DNA of 64,000 nt from Eledone cirrhosa (taxonomy: Eukaryota). This document shows positions 42,931-55,900 of the stretch, piece after piece; the stretch's first letter is position 1; each line of letters begins with the position of its first letter. The translations under genes were made by a program, and so were the position numbers. The stretch lies in NCBI GenBank assembly GCA_964016885.1, contig OZ024740.1, forward strand, positions 416,826,001 to 416,890,000, written 5' to 3'. The notes beneath the pieces are model-generated. The model did not search any database. It saw only the letters and a program-made list of their open reading frames with translations, and was not told the DNA's origin.

Positions 42931-44139
42931 CTAAAGCAAAATATAGAAATTAAAACTATAAAATGTAAAGACCACAGAGTTATTCACTATAAATTATTTG
43001 TTTTTATAAAATAACAGCCCTCTGTCCACACTGTAACGTGGTTGATGTTAGGAAGGGCATCTAGCTGTAGAAACCAAGCCAAAATACAGATCTATGTGAG
43101 GAAGATGTGGTTTCTGGACCTAACTTGTCTCATAATGTGACAAACCATCTAACCCATGCAAGTGTAGAAAATGGATGTTAAGCGATGATGATGAAATATA
43201 TTTAAAAATTATATTAAAAATTAAAAGATATATAAAAATGAATAAATAAAAATGTAATCATGGAAGAACTCTTTTAATCTTTCAAGAAAAATCAAAATTT
43301 ACTGTATAGATTCAAATATAAGCTGATATGGATATAAGCTGGCCCCACTATTTTATGTCTGAGAAATGAGCAAAAATCCAAACCTTATTTGCATAGAATT
43401 TGAAGTTGGTGAAAATTATCAAAATATTGGTTTCTGATTTAGCACAAGGTCAACAATTTTGGGGAGTAGGAAAGTTGATTAAAACCCCAGTACAATACTG
43501 GTACTTTATTTTATCAACCCTATAAGGATGAAAGGCAAAGCTAACCTTGTCAGGATTTGAACTTAGATCGTAAAGAGCCGTAACGCTATGCTATTAAGCA
43601 TGTTGCCCAATGCGCCACCAATACTGGCAATCCACTGCCCTCATGACTCCTGCTAAACCAACCAGTGAAATGAAAAACTTTCCAAATTTTGCAAACCGAA
43701 CGGGGACCGCCTACCTTCCCAATCTTGGCAAACCAAACACGTTTAAAGTTATAACTCACGCTTATCAATAGATCAATAAGTAATTACTAATAAAATGACA
43801 AGTCAGTCAATCATTGGTGGCCTGCCCGAAGCCCTGGTGGACAGAATGGAGAAGGCGTTTCCCTGAAGAATGGCAAGTGAGGATGGTGCTGGAAAGCCAT
43901 TCCAGCTCGCGAGGCTCACACCTGCGGCTGGCCAGCTCAGCGCCTATGGTGGTGAGTAGGGAAGTTATAACTAAAGAAAGAAGCAACCCAAAATAAACCA
44001 AATATTTAGGGAACTCAATAAATCCCCTGTTGTTTCTAAAGACTCTCCAATAATTTATTTTCAACAGATATAGTGGAATAGTGTCAGAGACCAGAGAAAT
44101 GTGGCAAAATATTTTGATATTTCATAATAAACAGTATGT

Positions 44140-44510
44140 ATAGATCTATAACTCCTGATAGAGTTGTAAAAGTTCTGTGGTGACATATTTCTGTATTTTA
44201 TAATAGACAATATATATAAATATAGACTCATAACTCCTGATGAAGTTGTAAGAGTTCTGTAGTGACATATTTGGGTATTTTATAATATGTAAGTATTAAG
44301 GACCTGTAACTCCTGATAGAGTCATAGGGGTGTTGTAATTACATACTTGAGCATTCCATAATAGATAGTATGTATGTATGGACCCATAACTCCTGATAGA
44401 ATTGTATGGATACTGTAGTGAGATGTTTAAAAGTCTAAAAAAAAGTCTAAAGTTTGTCTTAAGCTTGGAGGTTCATCAGTATGTATATAGGGATCAGTGA
44501 CTCCTAATGG
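44140..44510. repeat. Degenerate about 80 bp tandem repeat (ataactcctgatagagttgta...), about 5 copies
   Basis: The actcctgat/actcctaat core recurs at roughly 80 bp spacing. Confidence 0.6.
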
Positions 44511-44883
44511 GCATTTTAAACCTGGTGGAGCGATTCCTAGCCTGGTTTTGTGTTGTGTTCTTGAGCAGACCACTTCATTTCACATTGCTCTATTATACTC
44601 AGCTGAAAAAGAGTACCAATAACAATAGTGTTTAACTCTACAATGGACTGGCATCCTGTCCTGGGGGAAGTCTTGTACTCTCAGTAAGTTAATGTTATCG
44701 AAATTGGGATAAACACCGGCCTGATAAGCTTCTGGGTTTCGGATAGACTTTAGAAGTGCATCCCTCTCCAAGTCTGAACACAACTGATTTTTTCATAGAA
44801 GTTTTATTGATATCAATAATTTCTAAAAATAAAAGAAATAATTTATAATATAAAAAGATTATATTTATACCCGAGTTCCTTAC

Positions 44884-44921
44884 CTCTTGATGCAATGGAC
44901 ATTCAAATCTATGATGATCTC
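44884..44921 (-). CDS. Exon B1 (38 nt, phase 0-2): EIIIDLNVHCIK(S)
   Basis: Acceptor actttgcag, donor gtaagg. Joins A1 and C1 in frame. Paralog of the 38-nt exon at 31430 (shared LNxHCI). Confidence 0.8.
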
Positions 44922-45052
44922 CTGCAAAGTAAAATATTGTTTCTTTTGTAATATAGATCATTCCATGCAATATCTTATTAATAATGAAGTGATATAATAA
45001 AATATACAATGTATGGAAGCTGAATTTTCAAACTTTTAAGCACTGAGAATAT

Positions 45053-45382
45053 ATGGCTTAGTGGTTAGAGCATTGGCCTTGCAATCAAAAGGTTGTGAGT
45101 TCAATTCTCAGACCGGGTGATGTGTTGTTTCCTTGAGCAAGACACTTTATTTCACATTGCTCCAGTTTACTCAGCTGTAGAAATGAGATGATAGGGACTG
45201 GGGTCCATATCATTCCACTGCAAAGTGGTCGTGGAGGTGCCACGGCAAAAAAGCACCCAGCACTCACTGTAAATGAGGTTGGTGTTAGGAAGGGCATCCA
45301 GCTGTAGAAATCAAGCCAGAATCAGTTCCCGTCCCACCCTTGCAAGCAGGGAAAAACGGGACATGAAATGAAATGATGATGA
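45053..45382 (+). mobile_element. Same RTE-partner SINE (partial copy at 9915-10180; related heads at about 29560-29675, 30620-30740, 32190-32330)
   Basis: atggcttagtggttagagcattggccttgcaatcaaaaggttgtgagttcaattc...gttaggaagggcatccagctg...atgatgatgat. Confidence 0.8.
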
Positions 45383-46395
45383 TATATATTGTTATACTTG
45401 GGGAGGGTCATATTGTTAATATTGCCAGAAATAATAACTGAACACACTCACTGTTTGGTTGGTTTCCACTTCTGTATCTTTTATATCTCCATAGTTAATT
45501 TATTTGGCAATCAATGTTTATCATTGATTGGCCAGCGGTTAAAAATACAGATATAAATATATATATATATATAGTTTATCAAAGTTCTTCCGTTGCACAT
45601 CTGCAACATCATCAATGGTAGTATTATGTTTTCTCCTGTTGTATTGTATGTCTCCCATTTTTATTTTTATTTTTTTATTTATTTATTCTTGTTTCTGTCT
45701 CTGCTCATGTGTTTGCGTGTGTGTGTATAATGTTTGGTGTGTGTGTTCGCGTTTGAGTGTATGTGTTTTTGTTTTTGTATTCTATCATTGTTTACTAGTG
45801 TGTGTTTATATGTGTTTGTTGTTATTGTACTTGTGTATATATTTATTTATTTATTTATATTTCCCTTAAGTCAGTATTGTTTGTTTGGGTATGGTTGGTG
45901 TTGTTATTCCATTTGTTTTTTTCTGTTTAACTTCGGTCTTCTTAGTTCTATTTCAGTTGCTTCTCTGATTTTCCTACCTGTATAACAATATTTGTTTCAA
46001 CACACGATTTCATATCAAAAACCTTGCTATATATATATATATATATAATGTGTGAATATTAACTAACCCTGCTATTTTATGTCAGAGAAATGGGCAAAAA
46101 TCCAAACTTTCTTTACATAGAATTTAAAGTTGATCAAAATCATCAAAATATTGACCCTGAATATGAGCACCCTACCCTCTGTCAGTGATTTTTTTTATCA
46201 CATATTCCTTGGCTTATATTCAAGTATATATGGTTAGCTGGTATAAATCCTATAGTCAAGGGTAGGTCATCTTTGATCTTAAGTATACTCTATCAGGTCT
46301 AATCTGGTAATAAATAACAACAGAAGTGGTATGGAATAACATCCATCATCTGTGGATTTAAATTCAATAACCATTAATTTTTTTGATGTACTAAC

Positions 46396-46482
46396 CTCTC
46401 TTCTTTCACAGACTTTACCAGCAAATGGTGCATAACACTGGCATTTGTTTCTGATACATTTCCCACGACCGCTGCACAATTG
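46396..46482 (-). CDS. Exon A1 (87 nt, phase 0-0) of integrin-beta-like I-EGF repeat gene: QLCSGRGKCIRNKCQCYAPFAGKVCERRE
   Basis: Acceptor ttttattctggcag, donor gttagt. EGF cysteine pattern. Same length and phase as exons at 32976 and 14688. Confidence 0.9.
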
Positions 46483-46951
46483 CTGCCAGAATAAAAACAT
46501 TGGATATGATAGGTTTGTACGAAAGCAATAACTTCAGAATAGTATAGAAAAATAAGACAGTTATAGGAAATATAAGGAAATATAGAAAATATAAGAATTA
46601 TAGGAAATAATTGTTTCTACGTTAGGCACAAGGCCAGCAATTACCCAGTGCATTACTGGTACTTTATTTTATCGACCCCGTAAGGATGAAAGGCAAAGTC
46701 AACCTCGGCGGGATTTGAACTCAGATCATAAAGGGGCGTAACTCTATGCTGCAAAGCATGACATCCGACCCTCTACCGATAGGACAACAATTTTTGGGGG
46801 AAATCAACCACAGTGTATTACTGGTATTTTATTTTATCGACCCACAAAGCATATTGTCCGACTCTCTACCGATACTGCCAATCCACTGACCTTTTGATGA
46901 TGATAATAATAGTCTTGGTGATGATGATGGCAATGGTTATAGCAGGTGGAT

Positions 46952-49900
46952 GGCACAGTATAGTTTGTTGTGATGTGGTGGTGGTGTTGGTAGAGTATAG
47001 TTTGTTGTGATGTGTTGGTGGTGTTGGTAGAGTATAGTTTGTTGTGATGTGTTGGTTGTGTTGGCACAGTATAGTTTGTTGTGATGTGTTGGTGGTGTTG
47101 GCACAGTATAGTTTGTTGTGATGTGTTGGTGGTGTTGGCACAGTATAGTTTGTTGTGATGTGTTGGTGGTGTTGGCACAGTATAGTTTGTTGTGATGTGT
47201 TGGTGGTGTTGGCACAGTATAGTTTGTTGTGATGTGTTGGTGGTGTTGATACAGTATAGTTTGTTGTTATGTGTTGGTGGTGTTGGTAGAGTATAGTTTG
47301 TTGTGAGGTGTTGGTGGTGTTGGCACAGTATAGTTTGTTGTGAGGTGTTGGTGGTGTTGTTACATTATAGTTTGTTGTGATGTGTTGGTGGTGTTGGTAC
47401 AGTATAGTTTGTTGTGATGTGTTGGTGGTGTTGGCACAGTATAGTTTGGTGTGATGTGTTGGTGGTGTTGGTAGAGTATAGTGTGTTGTGATGTGTTGGT
47501 GGTGTTGGCACAGTATAGTTTGTTGTGATGTGTTGTTGGTGTTGGTACAGTATAGTTTGTTGTGATGTGTTGGTGGTGTTGGTAGAGTCTAGTTTGTTGT
47601 GATGTGTTGGTGGTGTTGGCACAGTATAGTCTGTTGTGATGTGTTGGTGGTGTTGGCACAGTATAGTCTGTTGTGATGTGTTGGTGGTGTTGGTAGAGTA
47701 TAGTTTGTTGTGATGTGTTGGTAGTGTTGGTACAGTATAGTTTGTTGTGATGTGTTGGTGGTGTTGGTACAGTGTAGTTTGTGGTGATGTGTTGGTGGTG
47801 TTGGCACAGTATAGTTTGTTGTCATGTGTTGGTGGTGTTGGTAGAGTATAGTTGGTTGTGATGTCTTGGTGGTGTTGGTACATTATAGTTTGTTGTGATG
47901 TGTTGGTAGTGTTGATACAGTATAGTTTGTTGTGATGTGTTGGTGGTGTTGGCACAGTATAGTTTGTTGTGATGTGGTGGTGGTGTTGGTAGAGTATAGT
48001 TTGTTGTGATGTGTTGGTGGTGTTGGTAGAGTATAGTTTGTTATGATGTGTTGGTGGTGTTGGTAGAGTATAGTTTGTTGTGATGTGTTGGTGGTGTTGG
48101 TAGAGTATAGTTTGTTGTGATGTGTTGGTGTTGTTGGTACAGTATAGTTTGTTGTGATGTGTTGGTGGTGTTCGTACAGTATAGTTTGTTGTGATGTGTT
48201 GATGGTGTTGTTAGAGTATAGTTTGTTGTGATGTGTTGATGGTGTTGGTAGAGTATAGTTTGTTGTGATATGTTGGTGGTGTTGGCACAGTATAGTTTGT
48301 TGTGATGTGTTGGTGGTGTTGGCACAGTATAGTTTGTTGTGATGTGTTGGTGGTGTTGGCACAGTATAGTTTGTTGTGATGTGTTGGTGGTGTTGTTACA
48401 GTATAGTTTGTTGCGATGTGTTGGTGGTGTTGGTACAGTATAGTTTGTTGTGATGTGTTGGTGGTGTTGGTACAGTATAGTTTGTTGTGATGTGTTGGTG
48501 GTGTTGGTACAGTATAGTTTGTTGTGATGTGTTGGTGGTGTTGGTACAGTATAGTTTATTGTGATGTGATGGTGGTGTTGGTACAGTATAATTTGTTGTG
48601 ATGTGTTGGTTGTGTTGGTACAGTATAGTTTGTTGTGATGTGTTGGTGGTGTTGGTAGAGTACAGTATTATTTTGATGTGTTGGTGGTGTTGGCACAGTA
48701 TAGTTTGTTGTGATGTGTTGGTGAAGTTGGTACAGTATAGTTTGTTGTGATGAGTTGGTGGTGTTGGTAGAGTATAGTTTGTTGTGATTTGTTGGTGGTG
48801 TTGGTAGAGTATAGTTTGTTGTGATGTGTTGGTGGTGTTGACACAGTATAGTTTGTTGTGATGTGTTGGTGGTGTTGGTACAGTATAGTTTGTTGTGATG
48901 TGTTGGTGGTGTTGGGAGAGTATCGTTTGTTGTGATGTGTTGGTGGTGTTGGCACAGTATAGTTTGTTGTGATGTGTTGGTGGTGTTGGGAGAGTATCGT
49001 TTGTTGTGATGTGTTGGTGGTGTTGGCACAGTATAGTTTGTTGTGATGTGTTGGTGGTGTTGGTAGAGTATAGTTTGTTGTGATGTGTTGGTAGTGTTGG
49101 TACAGTATTGTTTGTTGTGATGTGTTGGTGGTGTTGGCACAGTGTAGTTTGTGGTGATGTGTTGGTAGTGTTGATACAGTATAGTTTGTTGTGATGTGTT
49201 GGTGGTGTTGGCACAGTATAGTTTGTTGTGATGTGGTGGTGGTGTTGGTAGAGTATAGTTTGTTGTGATGTGTTGGTAGTGTTGATACATTATAGTTTGT
49301 TGTGATGTGTTGGTGGTGTTGATACAGTATAGTTTGTTGTGATGTGTTGGTGGTGTTGGCACAGTATAGTTTGTTGTGAGGTGTTGGTGGTGTTGTTACA
49401 TTATAGTTTGTTGTGATGTGTTGGTGGTGTTGGTACAGTATAGTTTGTTGTGATGTGTTGGTGGTGTTGGCACAGTATAGTTTGGTGTGATGTGTTGATG
49501 GTGTTGGTAGAGTATAGTGTGTTGTGATGTGTTGGTGGTGTTGGCACAGTATAGTTTGTTGTGATGTGTTGGTGGTGTTGGTACAGTATAGTTTGTTGTG
49601 ATGTGTTGGTGGTGTTGGTAGAGTATAGTTTGTTGTGATGTGTTGGTGCCGTTGGCACAGTCTAGTTTGTTGTGATGTGTTGGTGGTGTTGGCACAGTAT
49701 AGTCTGTTGTGATGTGTTGGTGGTGTTGGCACAGTATAGTCTGTTGTTATGTGTTGGTGGTGTTGGTAGAGTATAGTTTGTTGTGATGTGTTGGTAGTGT
49801 TGGTACAGTATAGTTTGTTGTGATGTGTTGGTGGTGTTGGTACAGTGTAGTTTGTGGTGATGTGTTGGTGGTGTTGGCACAGTATAGTTTGTTGTCATGT

Positions 49901-52900
49901 GTTGGTGGTGTTGGTAGAGTATAGTTTGTTGTGATGTGTTGGTGGTGTTGGTACATTATAGTTTGTTGTGATGTGTTGGTAGTGTTGATACAGTATAGTT
50001 TGTTGTGATGTGTTGGTGGTGTTGGCACAGTATAGTTTGTTGTGATGTGGTGGTGGTGTTGGTAGAGTATAGTTTGTTGTGATGTGTTGGTGGTGTTGGT
50101 AGAGTATAGTTTGTTATGATGTGTTGGTGGTGTTGGTAGAGTATAGTTTGTTGTGATGTGTTGGTGGTGTTGGTAGAGTATAGTTTGTTGTGATGTGTTG
50201 GTGTTGTTGGTACAGTATAGTTTGTTGTGATGTGTTGGTGGTGTTCGTACAGTATAGTTTGTTGTGATGTGTTGATGGTGTTGTTAGAGTATAGTTTGTT
50301 GTGATGTGTTGATGGTGTTGGTAGAGTATAGTTTGTTGTGATATGTTGGTGGTGTTGGCACAGTATAGTTTGTTGTGATGTGTTGGTGGTGTTGGCACAG
50401 CATAGTTTGTTGTGATGTGTTGGTGGTGTTGTTACAGTATAGTTTGTTGCAATGTGTTGGTGGTGTTGGTACAGTATAGTTTGTTGTGATGTGTTGGTGG
50501 TGTTGGTAAAGTATAGTTTGTTGAAATGTGTTGGTGGTGTTGGCACAGTATAGTTTGTTGTGATGTGTTGGTGGTGTTGGTAGAGTATAGTTTGTTGTGA
50601 TGAGTTGGTGGTGTTGGCACAGTATAGTTTGTTGTGATGTGTTGGTGGTGTTGGTAGAGTATAGTTTGTTGTGATGTGTTGGTGTTGTTGGTACAGTATA
50701 GTTTGTTGTGATGTGTTGGTGGTGTTCGTACAGTATAGTTTGTTGTGATGTGTTGATGGTGTTGTTAGAGTATAGTTTGTTGTGATGTGTTGATGGTGTT
50801 GGTAGAGTATAGTTTGTTGTGATATGTTGGTGGTGTTGGCACAGTATAGTTTGTTGTGATGTGTTGGTGGTGTTGGCACAGCATAGTTTGTTGTGATGTG
50901 TTGGTGGTGTTGGCACAGTATAGTTTGTTGTGATGTGTTGGTGGTGTTGTTACAGTATAGTTTGTTGCGATGTGTTGGTGGTGTTGGTACAGTATAGTTT
51001 GTTGTGATGTGTTGGTGGTGTTGGTACAGTATAGTTTGTTGTGATGTGTTGGTGGTGTTGGTACAGTATAGTTTGTTGTGATGTGTTGGTGGTGTTGGTA
51101 CAGTATAGTTTATTGTGATGTGATGGTGGTGTTGGTACAGTATAATTTGTTGTGATGTGTTGGTTGTGTTGGTACAGTATAGTTTGTTGTGATGTGTTGG
51201 TGGTGTTGGTAGAGTACAGTATTATTTTGATGTGTTGGTGGTGTTGGCACAGTATAGTTTGTTGTGATGTGTTGGTGAAGTTGGTACAGTATAGTTTGTT
51301 GTGATGAGTTGGTGGTGTTGGTAGAGTATAGTTTGTTGTGATTTGTTGCTGGTGTTGGTAGAGTATAGTTTGTTGTGATGTGTTGGTGGTGTTGGTACAG
51401 TATAGTTTGTTGTGATGTGTTGGTGGTGTTGGGAGAGTATCGTTTGTTGTGATGTGTTGGTGGTGTTGGCACAGTATAGTTTGTTGTGATGTGTTGGTGG
51501 TGTTGGTAGAGTATAGTTTGTTGTGATGTGTTAGTGGTGTTGACACAGAATAGTTTGTTGTGATGTGTTGGTGGTGTTGGTAGAGTATAGTTTGTTGTGA
51601 TGTGTTGGTAGTGTTGGTACAGTATTGTTTGTTGTGATGTGTTGGTGGTGTTGGCACAGTGTAGTTTGTGGTGATGTGTTGGTAGTGTTGATACAGTATA
51701 GTTTGTTGTGATGTGTTGGTGGTGTTGGCACAGTATAGTTTGTTGTGATGTGGTGGTGGTGTTGGTAGAGTATAGTTTGTTGTGATGTGTTGGTAGTGTT
51801 GATACATTATAGTTTGTTGTGATGTGTTGGTGGTGTTGATACAGTATAGTTTGTTGTGATGTGTTGGTGGTGTTGGTAGAGTATAGTTTGTTGTGATGTG
51901 TTGGTGGTGTTGGCACAGTATAGTTTGTTGTGAGGTGTTGGTGGTGTTGTTACATTATAGTTTGTTGTGATGTGTTGGTGGTGTTGGTACAGTATAGTTT
52001 GTTGTGATGTGTTGGTGGTGTTGGCACAGTATAGTTTGGTGTGATGTGTTGATGGTGTTGGTAGAGTATAGTGTGTTGTGATGTGTTGGTGGTGTTGGCA
52101 CAGTATAGTTTGTTGTGATGTGTTGGTGGTGTTGGTACAGTATTGTTTGTTGTGATGTGTTGGTGGTGTTGGCACAGTGTAGTTTGTGGTGATGTGTTGG
52201 TAGTGTTGATACAGTATAGTTTGTTGTGATGTGTTGGTGGTGTTGGCACAGTATAGTTTGTTGTGATGTGGTGGTGGTGTTGGTAGAGTATAGTTTGTTG
52301 TGATGTGTTGGTAGTGTTGATACATTATAGTTTGTTGTGATGTGTTGGTGGTGTTGATACAGTATAGTTTGTTGTGATGTGTTGGTGGTGTTGGCACAGT
52401 ATAGTTTGTTGTGAGGTGTTGGTGGTGTTGTTACATTATAGTTTGTTGTGATGTGTTGGTGGTGTTGGTACAGTATAGTTTGTTGTGATGTGTTGGTGGT
52501 GTTGGCACAGTATAGTTTGGTGTGATGTGTTGATGGTGTTGGTAGAGTATAGTGTGTTGTGATGTGTTGGTGGTGTTGGCACAGTATAGTTTGTTGTGAT
52601 GTGTTGGTGGTGTTGGTACAGTATAGTTTGTTGTGATGTGTTGGTGGTGTTGGTAGAGTATAGTTTGTTGTGATGTGTTGGTGCCGTTGGCACAGTCTAG
52701 TTTGTTGTGATGTGTTGGTGGTGTTGGCACAGTATAGTCTGTTGTGATGTGTTGGTGGTGTTGGCACAGTATAGTCTGTTGTGATGTGTTGGTGGTGTTG
52801 GTAGAGTATAGTTTGTTGTGATGTGTTGGTAGTGTTGGTACAGTATAGTTTGTTGTGATGTGTTGGTGGTGTTGGTACAGTGTAGTTTGTGGTGATGTGT

Positions 52901-55900
52901 TGGTGGTGTTGGCACAGTATAGTTTGTTGTGATGTGTTGGTAGTGTTGGTACAGTATTGTTTGTTGTGATGTGTTGGTGGTGTTGGCACAGTGTAGTTTG
53001 TGGTGATGTGTTGGTAGTGTTGATACAGTATAGTTTGTTGTGATGTGTTGGTGGTGTTGGCACAGTATAGTTTGTTGTGATGTGGTGGTGGTGTTGGTAG
53101 AGTATAGTTTGTTGTGATGTGTTGGTAGTGTTGATACATTATAGTTTGTTGTGATGTGTTGGTGGTGTTGATACAGTATAGTTTGTTGTGATGTGTTGGT
53201 GGTGTTGGCACAGTATAGTTTGTTGTGAGGTGTTGGTGGTGTTGTTACATTATAGTTTGTTGTGATGTGTTGGTGGTGTTGGTACAGTATAGTTTGTTGT
53301 GATGTGTTGGTGGTGTTGGCACAGTATAGTTTGGTGTGATGTGTTGATGGTGTTGGTAGAGTATAGTGTGTTGTGATGTGTTGGTGGTGTTGGCACAGTA
53401 TAGTTTGTTGTGATGTGTTGGTGGTGTTGGTACAGTATAGTTTGTTGTGATGTGTTGGTGGTGTTGGTAGAGTATAGTTTGTTGTGATGTGTTGGTGCCG
53501 TTGGCACAGTCTAGTTTGTTGTGATGTGTTGGTGGTGTTGGCACAGTATAGTCTGTTGTGATGTGTTGGTGGTGTTGGCACAGTATAGTCTGTTGTGATG
53601 TGTTGGTGGTGTTGGTAGAGTATAGTTTGTTGTGATGTGTTGGTAGTGTTGGTACAGTATAGTTTGTTGTGATGTGTTGGTGGTGTTGGTACAGTGTAGT
53701 TTGTGGTGATGTGTTGGTGGTGTTGGCACAGTATAGTTTGTTGTCATGTGTTGGTGGTGTTGGTAGAGTATAGTTTGTTGTGATGTGTTGGTGGTGTTGG
53801 TACATTATAGTTTGTTGTGATGTGTTGGTAGTGTTGATACAGTATAGTTTGTTGTGATGTGTTGGTGGTGTTGGCACAGTATAGTTTGTTGTGATGTGGT
53901 GGTGGTGTTGGTAGAGTATAGTTTGTTGTGATGTGTTGGTGGTGTTGGTAGAGTATAGTTTGTTATGATGTGTTGGTGGTGTTGGTAGAGTATAGTTTGT
54001 TGTGATGTGTTGGTGTTGTTGGTACAGTATAGTTTGTTGTGATGTGTTGGTGGTGTTCGTACAGTATAGTTTGTTGTGATGTGTTGATGGTGTTGTTAGA
54101 GTATAGTTTGTTGTGATGTGTTGATGGTGTTGGTAGAGTATAGTTTGTTGTGATATGTTGGTGGTGTTGGCACAGTATAGTTTGTTGTGATGTGTTGGTG
54201 GTGTTGGCACAGCATAGTTTGTTGTGATGTGTTGGTGGTGTTGTTACAGTATAGTTTGTTGCAATGTGTTGGTGGTGTTGGTACAGTATAGTTTGTTGTG
54301 AAGTGTTGGTGTTGTTGGTAAAGTATAGTTTGTTGAAATGTGTTGGTGGTGTTGGCACAGTATAGTTTGTTGTGATGTGTTGGTGGTGTTGGTACAGTAT
54401 AGTTTGTTGTGAAGTGTTGGTGTTGTTGGTAAAGTATAGTTTGTTGAAATGTGTTGGTGGTGTTGGCACAGTATAGTTTGTTGTGATGTGTTGGTGGTGT
54501 TGGTACAGTATAGTTTGTTGTGATGTGTTGGTGTTGTTGGTAAAGTATAGTTTGTTGAAATGTGTTGGTGGTGTTGGCACAGTATAGTTTGTTGTGATGT
54601 GTTGGTGGTGTTGGTACAGTATAGTTTGTTGTGATGTGTTGGTGGTGTTGGTACAGTATAGTTTATTGTGATGTGATGGTGGTGTTGGTACAGTATAATT
54701 TGTTGTGATGTGTTGGTGGTGTTGATACAGTATAGTTTGTTGTGATGTGTTGGTGGTGTTGGTAGAGTATAGTTTGTTGTGATGTGTTGGTGGTGTTGGC
54801 ACAGTATAGTTTGTTGTGAGGTGTTGGTGGTGTTGTTACATTATAGTTTGTTGTGATGTGTTGGTGGTGTTGGTACAGTATAGTTTGTTGTGATGTGTTG
54901 GTGGTGTTGGCACAGTATAGTTTGGTGTGATGTGTTGATGGTGTTGGTAGAGTATAGTGTGTTGTGATGTGTTGGTGGTGTTGGCACAGTATAGTTTGTT
55001 GTGATGTGTTGGTGGTGTTGGTACAGTATTGTTTGTTGTGATGTGTTGGTGGTGTTGGCACAGTGTAGTTTGTGGTGATGTGTTGGTAGTGTTGATACAG
55101 TATAGTTTGTTGTGATGTGTTGGTGGTGTTGGCACAGTATAGTTTGTTGTGATGTGGTGGTGGTGTTGGTAGAGTATAGTTTGTTGTGATGTGTTGGTAG
55201 TGTTGATACATTATAGTTTGTTGTGATGTGTTGGTGGTGTTGATACAGTATAGTTTGTTGTGATGTGTTGGTGGTGTTGGCACAGTATAGTTTGTTGTGA
55301 GGTGTTGGTGGTGTTGTTACATTATAGTTTGTTGTGATGTGTTGGTGGTGTTGGTACAGTATAGTTTGTTGTGATGTGTTGGTGGTGTTGGCACAGTATA
55401 GTTTGGTGTGATGTGTTGATGGTGTTGGTAGAGTATAGTGTGTTGTGATGTGTTGGTGGTGTTGGCACAGTATAGTTTGTTGTGATGTGTTGGTGGTGTT
55501 GGTACAGTATAGTTTGTTGTGATGTGTTGGTGGTGTTGGTAGAGTATAGTTTGTTGTGATGTGTTGGTGCCGTTGGCACAGTCTAGTTTGTTGTGATGTG
55601 TTGGTGGTGTTGGCACAGTATAGTCTGTTGTGATGTGTTGGTGGTGTTGGCACAGTATAGTCTGTTGTGATGTGTTGGTGGTGTTGGTAGAGTATAGTTT
55701 GTTGTGATGTGTTGGTAGTGTTGGTACAGTATAGTTTGTTGTGATGTGTTGGTGGTGTTGGTACAGTGTAGTTTGTGGTGATGTGTTGGTGGTGTTGGCA
55801 CAGTATAGTTTGTTGTGATGTGTTGGTAGTGTTGGTACAGTATTGTTTGTTGTGATGTGTTGGTGGTGTTGGCACAGTGTAGTTTGTGGTGATGTGTTGG

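Noticed and set aside
45053-45115. tRNA gene
   Set aside because: A/B boxes are present, but it is the head of a multi-copy SINE without a complete cloverleaf.
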